DNA from: Bacteroidota bacterium | GTDB lineage: Bacteria > Bacteroidota > Bacteroidia > Bacteroidales > FEN-979 | Reading direction: 5' to 3' | Assembly: GCA_037137455.1 (NCBI GenBank) | Contig: JBAXKG010000001.1 | Span: 418-64,417 of the forward strand | DNA length: 64,000 nt | Part shown: piece after piece, positions 18,022 through 27,143 of the stretch | Numbering within the stretch: the stretch's first letter is position 1 | Layout: every line of letters starts with the position of its first letter | The notes under the pieces: generated by a model | Databases searched by the model: none | What the model was told of the DNA's origin: nothing | The model's input: only the letters and a program-made list of their open reading frames with translations | Made by a program: the position numbers and the translations under genes

Positions 18022-18979
18022 GTTTCAGCCAGGGTAAGTCTTCCATGTCAACATTTCCCCCTGAGATGATAATCCCGGTTCTTTTTCCGGCGATCTCAAT
18101 TTTTCCTTCCATAATTGCAGCAAAAGGCACGGCAGATGATGGCTCGATAACAATTTTCATCCGTTCCCAAATAAATCGCATTGCCTTAATGATGCTCGCT
18201 TCGCTAACGGTCACAATTGATTGCACATGCCGAAGGATAATCGGATAGGTAAGTGATCCCAACGATGTACGTAACCCATCGGCAATGGTATTGGGATTTA
18301 TGGATGGAATAAATTGTTTTTTTGTAAATGACAGAAAAGCATCGTTTGCCTGTTCAGGTTCGGCAGCAATGACTTTAGTTTTAGGACTGAAATAATGGAC
18401 AGCAAGAGAGGTCCCGCTTAGCAACCCACCACCACCTACCGGGGCCATAAGAATATCAAGATTCTTCACCTCCTCAATAAGTTCAAGGGCTGCTGTTGCC
18501 TGGCCGGCAATAATCCGATCATCGTTGTAAGGATGTATCTCGGTTGCCCCTGTTTGCATAATAATTTCTGAAAGGGTCGTTTCTCTCGATTCCAGGGTTG
18601 GTTTGCAAAAAGTAATCAGGCCTCCGTAGTCAAGTACAGCATTTACCTTTATTTTTGAAGAGTTGCTGGGCATTACAATATACGCTTTGGTATTTACCAG
18701 CGAAGCTGCCCATGAAAGCGCCTGGGCGTGATTGCCAGACGAATGAGTAGCCACACCCACTTGCAATAAACTTTTGTCGAGTGAAAGCACAGCATTGGTG
18801 GCTCCCCTGGCTTTAAAAGCGCCAACCTTCTGCAAGTTTTCACATTTCATGAAGAACTCAGCTTCAAATAACCGGTTTATTGTTCGAGAGGTAAGTACAG
18901 GCGTTCTGTTAATGAATGGGGAGATCCGTTTTGCCGCATTAAGTATGGTTTCACCCTGAATATTTGAACCGGCTTTCAT
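18014..18979 (-). CDS. PLP-dependent serine/threonine dehydratase family protein (fold type II)
   Basis: 321 aa. The PLP-lysine context is KCENLQKVGAFKARGA and the glycine loop is APVGGGGLLSG. Confidence 0.85.
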   Translation of the reverse strand: MKAGSNIQGETILNAAKRISPFINRTPVLTSRTINRLFEAEFFMKCENLQKVGAFKARGATNAVLSLDKSLLQVGVATHSSGNHAQALSWAASLVNTKAYIVMPSNSSKIKVNAVLDYGGLITFCKPTLESRETTLSEIIMQTGATEIHPYNDDRIIAGQATAALELIEEVKNLDILMAPVGGGGLLSGTSLAVHYFSPKTKVIAAEPEQANDAFLSFTKKQFIPSINPNTIADGLRTSLGSLTYPIILRHVQSIVTVSEASIIKAMRFIWERMKIVIEPSSAVPFAAIMEGKIEIAGKRTGIIISGGNVDMEDLPWLKHE

Positions 18980-19452
18980 ATTTCAGGCGATTTCGGGGCT
19001 AACATGCTTATAATATGATCACATGCCTCGTCCAATATCATGTAAACCTTCTCAAAAGCCTCAATATCATAGTACCAGGGATCCTTTACCCCACGATTTT
19101 GCCCGGGGGAAACCATATTCAGTATATAATCAACCTTCGATTGGTCTGTTTCATTCCGTGTCATACTCATAATATGATTATAATGAGATGAATCCATGGC
19201 ATAAATATAATCATACCGCTCAAAATCCTTCATTGTAAACAAACGTGCACGGTGTGATGAAATATCAATGCCCCTGATTCTTGCGACAGCCTGAGCCCTT
19301 GAATCTGGCGGATCGCCTACATGAAAGGATTCGAAGCCGCATGAATCGACCTCGGCAAGGATGTTTTTTTGTTGTAATTTGTTCCTGAGAATACCTTCGG
19401 CAAGTGGTGACCTGCAAATGTTACCTGTACAAACGAAGAGAATTTTTACCAA
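18976..19452 (-). CDS. low molecular weight protein-tyrosine phosphatase
   Basis: 158 aa. P-loop is CTGNICRSP (C-X5-R-S) and the acid loop is VKDPWYYD. Its start is 17 nt downstream of the dnaA stop. Confidence 0.9.
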   Translation of the reverse strand: MVKILFVCTGNICRSPLAEGILRNKLQQKNILAEVDSCGFESFHVGDPPDSRAQAVARIRGIDISSHRARLFTMKDFERYDYIYAMDSSHYNHIMSMTRNETDQSKVDYILNMVSPGQNRGVKDPWYYDIEAFEKVYMILDEACDHIISMLAPKSPEI

Positions 19453-19469
19453 GGCCGTAGCGGATTCTG

Positions 19470-20906
19470 TTACAATTTAATACGTTTGTCCAGCTCTTCA
19501 ACAAACTGCCTGAATTGCTTATCAGTCTCAACAAGGTTGTTCACAGTCCGGCAGGCATGTAACACGGTGGCGTGATCTTTATTCCCGCAATGCAGACCAA
19601 TACTTGCAAGTGAGGATTTGGTGTGTTTTTTTGAAAAATACATCGAAAGCTGTCGTGCCTGTACAATTTCCCGTTTCCTGGTTTTTGAGTGGATCATCTC
19701 CACCGGAATATTAAAATAGTCACAAACAACTTTTTGTATATAATCAATAGAAATTTCACGGGAGGTGTTTTTAACAAACTTGTCAATCATTTGTTTGGCA
19801 AGTTCCAGAGTAATGGTCTTCTTATTTAATGAAGATTGCGCCAACAACGAAATTAATGCTCCTTCGAGTTCCCTGATGTTTGTATTTATATTATATGCCA
19901 GGTACTCAACAACTTCAGGCGGAATCTGAATGCCATCATTGTATAATTTTTTATGAAGTATGGCGATGCGGGTTTCCAGGTCAGGCACCTGAAGATCAGC
20001 GGATAGTCCCCATTTGAACCTGGAAAGAAGACGTGGTTCGATTCCCTTCATCTCAACAGGCGGCTTATCGGAGGTCAGAATGATTTGATTACTTTTTTGG
20101 TGCAGATGGTTAAAAATATGAAAAAACACATCCTGAGTCTTTTCCTTGCCGGCAAGGTTGTGGATATCATCAATTATCAAAACATCGATCATCTGATAAA
20201 AATGTATGAAATCATTCTGATTGTTATTTCGCACCGAATCGATGAATTGGTTGGTGAACTGATCAGTTGTAACGTAAAGGACTGTCTTTTCCGGAAAATT
20301 GTTTTTTACCTGTAGCCCGATAGCATGCGACAGATGAGTTTTTCCTAACCCTGTAAGACTATAAATAAGAAGTGGATTAAAGGCAGTTTTTCCAGGATTG
20401 CTGGCAACAGCAAAACCGGCAGAACGTGCAAGTCTGTTGCAATCACCTTCGATAAAATTATCGAAAGAATAACTCTCGATTAATTGAGAATGGACTTTGA
20501 TCTTTTTTAGCCCGGGAATAATGAAAGGGTTTGGGATTTCCTTAGAGTTACCTCTATTTAAATCGATTGGCATGGAAACGGGCGGATTTAAGGTTGCTTT
20601 TTTCTCACCAGTGGGTACTTTAATCGTGTAAGGGCCTGGATCAGTGTCGGAGTTGTCAACTATGATGCTGTATTCCAACCGACCATCATTTCCCAATTCC
20701 TTTTTAATGGTCTTCTTAAGTAAACCAATGTAATGTTCTTCAAGCCATTCGTAAAAAAACTGGCTTGGAACCTGGATTGTTAAAACCTGATCTTTCAACC
20801 TGACTGCATTAATAGGCAGAAACCAGGTCTTAAAACTTTGGTAGTTGATATTATCTTTTATGACTTTGAGGCAATTTTCCCAAATTTCAATTGCGTTTTT
20901 TTCCAT
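19470..20906 (-). CDS. dnaA: chromosomal replication initiator protein DnaA
   Basis: 478 aa. AAA+ Walker A GLTGLGKTHL, Walker B LIIDDIH, and a C-terminal DNA-binding domain ...GNKDHATVLHACR. Confidence 0.97.
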   Translation of the reverse strand: MEKNAIEIWENCLKVIKDNINYQSFKTWFLPINAVRLKDQVLTIQVPSQFFYEWLEEHYIGLLKKTIKKELGNDGRLEYSIIVDNSDTDPGPYTIKVPTGEKKATLNPPVSMPIDLNRGNSKEIPNPFIIPGLKKIKVHSQLIESYSFDNFIEGDCNRLARSAGFAVASNPGKTAFNPLLIYSLTGLGKTHLSHAIGLQVKNNFPEKTVLYVTTDQFTNQFIDSVRNNNQNDFIHFYQMIDVLIIDDIHNLAGKEKTQDVFFHIFNHLHQKSNQIILTSDKPPVEMKGIEPRLLSRFKWGLSADLQVPDLETRIAILHKKLYNDGIQIPPEVVEYLAYNINTNIRELEGALISLLAQSSLNKKTITLELAKQMIDKFVKNTSREISIDYIQKVVCDYFNIPVEMIHSKTRKREIVQARQLSMYFSKKHTKSSLASIGLHCGNKDHATVLHACRTVNNLVETDKQFRQFVEELDKRIKL

Positions 20907-21228
20907 TAATGTGATTACCTTGAAAGTGTAATAATTAGATTTTTTGTATTATTTTGTATATCAAGGTTTTAGATTTTGTCCGTAAGCCAAAACCCTCATC
21001 GGCACAGAGGCTTGATTTAATTAACAAATTTTGCAAAAAAAAGTGTATAAAAAAAATGTATTTCTCTTGATTATTTAAAAAAAAGTTTTCAAAAAAGTCA
21101 AATATTTAATTTTTAAACCTGACTCGAATGAGGTATTAAACAAGACGTCAATAAATTGAGAAGGGCACAGCATTACATTGTATATGCAATTAATAATGAA
21201 TATAAATTACATGATGTCTATGTGTCAA
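20907..21228. other. AT-rich dnaA upstream spacer, weak oriC / DNA-unwinding-element candidate
   Basis: 322-nt non-coding spacer. A8 tracts lie at 21035-21042, 21049-21056 and 21077-21084, and an A6 tract lies at 21091-21096. I found no DnaA box with 0-1 mismatch by eye. Confidence 0.3.
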
Positions 21229-21849
21229 TTAGTTAGGAAAATCAACTATTTCCATATCTACATCTTTTAACCTCTTCATACGGTTTTCGACCTTGTTTAC
21301 CTGACTTTTTCTGACTGAAAAATCGATTTCACATCGCTCTTTCGCATTTTGGTTTAAAATTTTTACCCCTTCTTCTTTCAAAATTCTCATAATCTCATTC
21401 ATCATGGTAAATTCAAAAGAAACCCTGATTTGAATACAGATCAATTTTTCAATAACTTCAGCATTGTCCAAAGCTTCGCGTGCAGATCTCTTGTATGCAC
21501 GAATCAAGCCGGGGATACCCAACTTTGTGCCTCCGAAATATCTTATTACAACTACAAGAATGTCTGAAAGCCCGTTAGAAAGAATCTGTCCATAAATTGG
21601 TTTCCCGGCTGAACCCGCGGGCTCACCATCATCATTCATTCGATAAAGCGGATTATCCAGCCCCAAACGATATGCATAGCAATGATGGTTCGCATCATGA
21701 TATTTTTTTTTCAAAATATCCAGTCTTATTTTGACCTCCTCTTCAGTTGAAACCGGTATGGCAAAAGCCATAAATTTACTCGCCTTTTCCCTGTAACTTC
21801 CTTGGGATTCGGCCTTGACAGAAAGAAAAGAATCAGTTGAAGTTTCCAT
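21229..21849 (-). CDS. yigZ: IMPACT/YigZ family protein
   Basis: 206 aa with HHCYAYRL and DDGEPAGSAGKPI, typical of the UPF0029/IMPACT N-terminal domain. Confidence 0.8.
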   Translation of the reverse strand: METSTDSFLSVKAESQGSYREKASKFMAFAIPVSTEEEVKIRLDILKKKYHDANHHCYAYRLGLDNPLYRMNDDGEPAGSAGKPIYGQILSNGLSDILVVVIRYFGGTKLGIPGLIRAYKRSAREALDNAEVIEKLICIQIRVSFEFTMMNEIMRILKEEGVKILNQNAKERCEIDFSVRKSQVNKVENRMKRLKDVDMEIVDFPN

Positions 21850-21884
21850 CGTGGCGAAGTTACTTTTATTTTTAATTTTATGGA

Positions 21885-22790
21885 ATGGAAATGAATACCT
21901 ACCCTGTAAAAAAACTAATTCAGGTTTTTAAAAGTGAACTTTTCACCTACTACCCTGAAAATGAGATCATGCAGATTTTATATATCTTGTTTGAGGCATT
22001 TATGGGATGGCCGAAAACAAAGGTTCATTTATCGTTCGACTCTGAAATTCCTGAAAACGAAATGCGAGCCTTTAAACATGCATTGGATGAATTGAAAAGC
22101 GGAAAACCTATACAGTATATATTAGGTCGGACTGTATTTAACGGGAGCAAACTTATAGTGAATGAAAGTGTGCTGGTTCCACGACCCGAGACAGAAGAGC
22201 TTTGTTTGATTATTAAATCAGATCATCGCCTGAAACCATACCATAAATTTTCAATTCTGGATATAGGAACCGGATCGGGTTGCATATCAATCGACCTGAA
22301 GAGATATTTTCCCGATTCAAGCGTGACGGGGATAGATTCATCACCGGCTGCAATTGAGATAGCCAAAACAAATGCCGGCAACAATGGTTGTGAAATTAGT
22401 TTTATAAAATCTGATATTCTCAACGATGATGATAATTTAAAACTTGCGTTGTTTGATGTTATCGTGAGCAATCCTCCCTATGTGCTTGAGAGTGAAAAGC
22501 AATTCATGCACCGGAATGTGATTGATTTTGAGCCGGAAAGCGCATTATTTGTCCCGGATAATAATCCGCTTTTATATTACAGGGCCATAGCTGACTTTGC
22601 GCGTGAGCATCTCACCCCGCAAGGACTCTTGTTTTTTGAAATCAATGAAAAATATGGCGAGGATATTTGCCGGTTGCTTCTGTCTTTTGGATTTGAAAAA
22701 GCAGAAGTATTGATCGACATAAATGGGAAGGATCGTTTTGTCAGGGCGATTTCATCGGAAGGATTTTTTGTTCGCGGTCACCAAAAATAA
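21885..22790 (+). CDS. prmC: peptide chain release factor N5-glutamine methyltransferase
   Basis: 301 aa with SAM motif ILDIGTGSGCI and substrate motif VSNPPYV. Confidence 0.9.
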   Translation: MEMNTYPVKKLIQVFKSELFTYYPENEIMQILYILFEAFMGWPKTKVHLSFDSEIPENEMRAFKHALDELKSGKPIQYILGRTVFNGSKLIVNESVLVPRPETEELCLIIKSDHRLKPYHKFSILDIGTGSGCISIDLKRYFPDSSVTGIDSSPAAIEIAKTNAGNNGCEISFIKSDILNDDDNLKLALFDVIVSNPPYVLESEKQFMHRNVIDFEPESALFVPDNNPLLYYRAIADFAREHLTPQGLLFFEINEKYGEDICRLLLSFGFEKAEVLIDINGKDRFVRAISSEGFFVRGHQK

Positions 22791-23433
22791 TAGTTCCAAG
22801 TCGGATCAGTGTGCTACCTTCCTCAATTGCAATATTGTAATCGCCCGACATTCCCATTGATATATGCCTGAATGAATCAGACTGGCTGAAATATCCTGAC
22901 TTGAGTGTATGATAATAATCATGCAATAATGCAAACTCCTTTCTTACAATACTGAAATCTTCTGAAAAAGTACTCATCCCCATAACGCCGGTAATTCTGA
23001 TATTTTTCAATTTCCGATAAGATTCTGACTCAATGAGCGATGCAGCCTCCAACATGTTTAATCCGTATTTTGTCTCCTCTGTCGCGATATGAAATTGTAG
23101 TAAACAGTCAATGATGCGGTTGTTCTTCAACGCTTCAAAGTTAATCTCAGAGAGCAGTTTCAAGCTGTCAATACTTTGTATGAGACTGATAAACGGTGCA
23201 ATGTATTTAACTTTATTCGTTTGCAGATGACCAATAAAATGCCACTCAATATCAGATGGAAGGTATGGTTGTTTTTGAACTATTTCCTGGACTTTGTTTT
23301 CGCCAAATATCCGTTGCCCGGCATGGTATGCCTGCATGATAGAAGAAATAGGCTTTGTTTTAGATACAGCCACAATACCTATATGGTCGGGAACAGAATT
23401 TTTTAGCCAGCTAATCGACTCAGCAATATTCAC
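22741..23433 (-). CDS. yggS: YggS family pyridoxal phosphate homeostasis protein
   Basis: 230 aa with VAVSKTKP (PLP Lys), HFIGHLQTNKV and RLGTIIFG. Its 3' end overlaps the prmC 3' end by 50 nt. Confidence 0.9.
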   Translation of the reverse strand: MNIAESISWLKNSVPDHIGIVAVSKTKPISSIMQAYHAGQRIFGENKVQEIVQKQPYLPSDIEWHFIGHLQTNKVKYIAPFISLIQSIDSLKLLSEINFEALKNNRIIDCLLQFHIATEETKYGLNMLEAASLIESESYRKLKNIRITGVMGMSTFSEDFSIVRKEFALLHDYYHTLKSGYFSQSDSFRHISMGMSGDYNIAIEEGSTLIRLGTIIFGDREQKILPMKSP

Positions 23434-23453
23434 GATGAAATAATTAGGTATTA

Positions 23454-23461
23454 CAAAAATA
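23454..23461 (-). promoter_or_regulatory. candidate -7 element (TATTTTTG on minus strand)
   Basis: The plus-strand CAAAAATA lies 20 nt upstream of the yggS start. Confidence 0.45.
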
Positions 23462-23488
23462 CAAATTTGCAGGTACGGGTCTTAGGCT

Positions 23489-23496
23489 TACCTTTG
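23489..23496 (+). promoter_or_regulatory. candidate -7 element (TACCTTTG)
   Basis: It lies 14 nt upstream of the ATG at 23511. Confidence 0.45.
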
Positions 23497-23510
23497 TATT
23501 ATATTCAGGT

Positions 23511-25367
23511 ATGAAAAAAATATTGCTTTCATTGTTTCGACAGCTGTTATTCTGGTTGGTGTTTTTTAACATCACAAGGTTGATTTTCATCCTTTATTAC
23601 TTGAAAATCATAATAGTTGAAAAAATTAATTTTTCTGAAATTTTTGGAGTTTTTTTTTATTCCCTGAAACTGGATCTGGCTACCGCTTGTTATATATTAA
23701 TAATTCCATTTTTTTTGCTTACGATCCAGTCTGTCTGGAGCCCGAAATGGTTGAATACTATAAATAAGGTGTTCTCGGGATTTGCTATTTCAGTGTATGC
23801 CTTGTCAGCTGCAGGGGAAATGGGAATCTATGCAGAATGGAAAACAAAATTAACCTACAAGGTTGTTAAATATCTTAATCACCCAAGCGAAATATTCAAT
23901 TCTGCCGAGACAGGAATATTTTATTTTTTAGTATTCCTGTTCCTTTTCATGTGTACGCTCGGCATCTACGCTTATATCCGCTATTTTTATGTGAATATTG
24001 AACATATCAAAAGGAATCTATGGTTTACATTGGGTTTCTTCCTTTTTACACCCGGTTTTTTATTTCTCGGATTACGGGGAGGTATTCAGCAAATACCAAT
24101 TAATCAGAGTGAATCATATTTTTCTGAACATAATATCCTGAACATCGCGGCTGTAAATAATGCCTTTAACCTGTATATCAGTATTTTCGAGAACCTTGAA
24201 AATTTTGATCATGACCCGTATATTTTTATGGATAATGAAACCGCTGCCAGGGTGATGACAAAAATATATCAGACCCCAGGAGATTCAACGAAAAGCATTC
24301 TTAAAACATCACGGCCAAATATTGTGCTGCTCATCCTTGAAAGCTGGTCTGCCGATTTGATTGCCGATCTTGGAGGTAAACCTGGAATTACACCGGAGTT
24401 TGAGAAATTGCAAAAAAATGGAATTTTATTCGATCAGGTCTATTCATCCGGATCACGATCAGAACAGGGCATGGCCTCGATTTTTGGAGGCTTTCCCGGT
24501 CATCCGATAAGTTCGATTACCGTTCAGCCCGATAAATTCGTCAAATTACCTAGTTTAGTTAAGGATCTTGAGAAAATAGGTTATAGTACTTCATTCTATT
24601 TTGGTGGTCAGCTAATTTACGGGAATATTAAAAGTTATATAATTTTCAACGGTTTTAATAAAATCATGGAGGGTGAAAATTTTCCGGAAAGTTTGCCAAG
24701 GGGGAAGTTGGGTATCCATGATGAATTTACTTTAGATTATATGGTGAATGATATTGGAAATATGAAACAACCATTTTTTTCGGTTCTTTTTACTTTGAGC
24801 ACCCATTCTCCTTGGGACCAGCCATTTGAAAAGCCTTTGAAATGGGGCGATAATGAGCGTGAGTATATTAATGCAGCTTACTATACCGATCATTGCCTTG
24901 GGGAGTACTTCACCAAAGCCAGAAGAAAACCATGGTACAGCAATACCCTATTCATCCTCGTTGCCGATCATAGCCATAATTCATACAGAAACTGGCATCC
25001 TCAATCAAAAGAATATCATAAAATTCCATTTATGTTTTGCGGTGATGTTATTAAGGAAGAATTCCGGGGTACAGTATGTAATAAATTAGGCAACCAACAT
25101 GATTTACCGGCTACTTTACTTGGTCAACTCAATTTACGCGATCAAAAGTTCAATTTTAGCAAAAACCTGTTAAACCCGCTAGTGCCTGACTTTGCCTATT
25201 ATTCTACCGAGGATGGGGTAGGGTGGATAAGGCCCAATGGTTACTATGCCTACGATAAAACATCGGATTTTTACTATTGGTGGACCGATCCAAAGCTCTC
25301 TGATTCTATCAGGCAGGAGGGTAAAGCCTATTTGCAGACTGTATTTGGAGAATATATGAACAACTGA
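23511..25367 (+). CDS. LTA synthase / sulfatase-family (alkaline-phosphatase superfamily) membrane protein
   Basis: 618 aa. The N-terminal part is polytopic. The extracytoplasmic sulfatase-like domain carries NIVLLILESWSAD, STHSPW and LVADHS. Confidence 0.8.
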   Translation: MKKILLSLFRQLLFWLVFFNITRLIFILYYLKIIIVEKINFSEIFGVFFYSLKLDLATACYILIIPFFLLTIQSVWSPKWLNTINKVFSGFAISVYALSAAGEMGIYAEWKTKLTYKVVKYLNHPSEIFNSAETGIFYFLVFLFLFMCTLGIYAYIRYFYVNIEHIKRNLWFTLGFFLFTPGFLFLGLRGGIQQIPINQSESYFSEHNILNIAAVNNAFNLYISIFENLENFDHDPYIFMDNETAARVMTKIYQTPGDSTKSILKTSRPNIVLLILESWSADLIADLGGKPGITPEFEKLQKNGILFDQVYSSGSRSEQGMASIFGGFPGHPISSITVQPDKFVKLPSLVKDLEKIGYSTSFYFGGQLIYGNIKSYIIFNGFNKIMEGENFPESLPRGKLGIHDEFTLDYMVNDIGNMKQPFFSVLFTLSTHSPWDQPFEKPLKWGDNEREYINAAYYTDHCLGEYFTKARRKPWYSNTLFILVADHSHNSYRNWHPQSKEYHKIPFMFCGDVIKEEFRGTVCNKLGNQHDLPATLLGQLNLRDQKFNFSKNLLNPLVPDFAYYSTEDGVGWIRPNGYYAYDKTSDFYYWWTDPKLSDSIRQEGKAYLQTVFGEYMNN

Positions 25368-25379
25368 CCTCCCGTGTTT

Positions 25380-26627
25380 CTAATCCAGAGCATGTACAAC
25401 CAGACCAGAACGCAGTTTTGGTTCAAACCATGTCGTTTTCGGCGGCATAATATTTCCGGAGTCTGCAATGTCTATCAACTGCTTCATTGAAACAGGAAAA
25501 AGTGCAAAGGCTGCCTTCATCTCACCACAATCTACCCGCCTTTTTAATTCTCCCAACCCTCGTATTCCCCCAACAAAATCAATGCGGGTTGATGTCCGGA
25601 GGTCTTTAATACCCAGAATTTCGTCTAAAACAAAGTGGGATAAAATGGTCACATCGAGTACACCAATTGGATCAGAATCGTTGAATGTTCCTTGTTTTGC
25701 ATTCAATGAATACCAAATCCCGCCAATGTACAAACCAAAATTATGCAAGGAAACAGGTTTGTACTCATCTTTTCCTTTTTGTTCAATTTTGAAAACTGAC
25801 TCGAGTTTTTTAAGAAACTCTTCCTCCGTCAGTCCATTCAAGTCTTTAACAACCCGGTTATAGTCGATGATTGTAAGCTGATTATCGGGGAAATGCACCG
25901 CAAGAAAATAATTATACTCCTCGTTTCCGGTATGTTTGGAATTGTTTACCCTCTTTTCATTTCCAACAAGTGCGGCAGCGGCTGTGCGATGATGGCCATC
26001 TGCCACATATGTAAAGGGTATCTGTATAAAAAGATCTACAATTTTATTGATAATTTTCTGATCTTCAATCACCCAAAAATGATGGCCAATACCATCATTT
26101 GCTACAAAATCATATTCCGGTTTTTTAAAATTGACGAAGTTTTCAACGATCTCGTCAATGGCTTTTACAGCAGGGTAAGCGAAGAATACAGGTTCCATAT
26201 TGGCATTTGTAGTGCGAACATGTTTCATTCTGTCTTCTTCTTTATCCTTGCGAGTTAACTCATGCTTTTTAATTATTCCGTTCATATAATCTTCAACACC
26301 GGCACACCCTACGATTCCGTATTGCGTTTTGCCATTCATGGTTTGTGCGTAAATGTATAGCAAATCATGCTTATCAGTTTTCAGCCATCCTTTGTTTTTG
26401 AAGGATTGAAAATTTTCCTTCGCCTTATCATAAACGGGTTGTGAATGAAGATCAATGGATGCAGGCAGATCGATTTCCGGTTTAATAATATGAAGAAGTG
26501 AATATTGGTTTCCTTTTGCATCTTCTCTGGCTTCATCAGAGTTTAATACATCATACGGCCTTGAAGCAAGGCTTTTCACAATATCACAAGGAGGCCTCAG
26601 TCCTTGAAAGGGTTTAAGTATTGCCAT
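25380..26627 (-). CDS. DUF1015 domain-containing protein
   Basis: 415 aa. The N-terminal ILKPFQGLRP and the internal YVADGHHRTAAA match what I remember of DUF1015. Confidence 0.75.
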   Translation of the reverse strand: MAILKPFQGLRPPCDIVKSLASRPYDVLNSDEAREDAKGNQYSLLHIIKPEIDLPASIDLHSQPVYDKAKENFQSFKNKGWLKTDKHDLLYIYAQTMNGKTQYGIVGCAGVEDYMNGIIKKHELTRKDKEEDRMKHVRTTNANMEPVFFAYPAVKAIDEIVENFVNFKKPEYDFVANDGIGHHFWVIEDQKIINKIVDLFIQIPFTYVADGHHRTAAAALVGNEKRVNNSKHTGNEEYNYFLAVHFPDNQLTIIDYNRVVKDLNGLTEEEFLKKLESVFKIEQKGKDEYKPVSLHNFGLYIGGIWYSLNAKQGTFNDSDPIGVLDVTILSHFVLDEILGIKDLRTSTRIDFVGGIRGLGELKRRVDCGEMKAAFALFPVSMKQLIDIADSGNIMPPKTTWFEPKLRSGLVVHALD

Positions 26628-26695
26628 AGTAATTTTTAATTATTTTGAGTGACGAACGAATTGAATGGCTTAAGGATAATAAAATATTAAGAAGG

Positions 26696-27121
26696 TTATT
26701 CAGGGCCCTCATCATCGTCAAGCTCACCTGGTTTCACACTGCGTTGTAACGATCCGATCAAGGCCCCTATCATTTTCGTCATCTCCATGAGATGGTTTTT
26801 AGAATCATCAAAAGCGTTGGCTGATATAAATGTTCTGCTTTTGGCTATGGTTGATAAAACTACACATTCCCTGACTGAACTTTTTGCCATTTTAAGGTAA
26901 TAGACAAACTGACTTTTATTTCTTGAGGAGCCTTCTGCTATATTTAATGCAATCCCATTTGCAGAGGTTAAAAACCGTTCGAAAAACAATTTCATAAAAG
27001 GATCGTCTTTAGTATTCTTAGCCATTAAATACACCGAATCAACATATTCAAGAGCCTTGTGGTAGATTCTGAGATCTTCAAATCTGAAGAAAGTTGAGGG
27101 TCTTTCGTGTTCGTTTTCCAT
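26696..27121 (-). CDS. four-helix-bundle protein (23S rRNA intervening-sequence / Avd-like family)
   Basis: 141 aa. FRFEDLRIYHKALEYVDSVY and NIAEGSSR are typical of TIGR02436-type proteins. It has an acidic C-terminal tail GELDDDEGPE. Confidence 0.8.
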   Translation of the reverse strand: MENEHERPSTFFRFEDLRIYHKALEYVDSVYLMAKNTKDDPFMKLFFERFLTSANGIALNIAEGSSRNKSQFVYYLKMAKSSVRECVVLSTIAKSRTFISANAFDDSKNHLMEMTKMIGALIGSLQRSVKPGELDDDEGPE

Positions 27122-27143
27122 GGGTTAGCTCGATTAGTCTGGT

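Noticed and set aside
25468-26258. 131-aa and 121-aa plus-strand ORFs antisense to the DUF1015 gene
   Set aside because: They are shadow ORFs with no independent signals. The minus-strand gene has the family motifs.
26696-27121. Possibility that the Avd-like gene marks a diversity-generating retroelement
   Set aside because: No ORF in the window has reverse-transcriptase motifs (no YxDD-type protein). I saw no template/variable repeat pair near it. The neighbours are serA and DUF1015.
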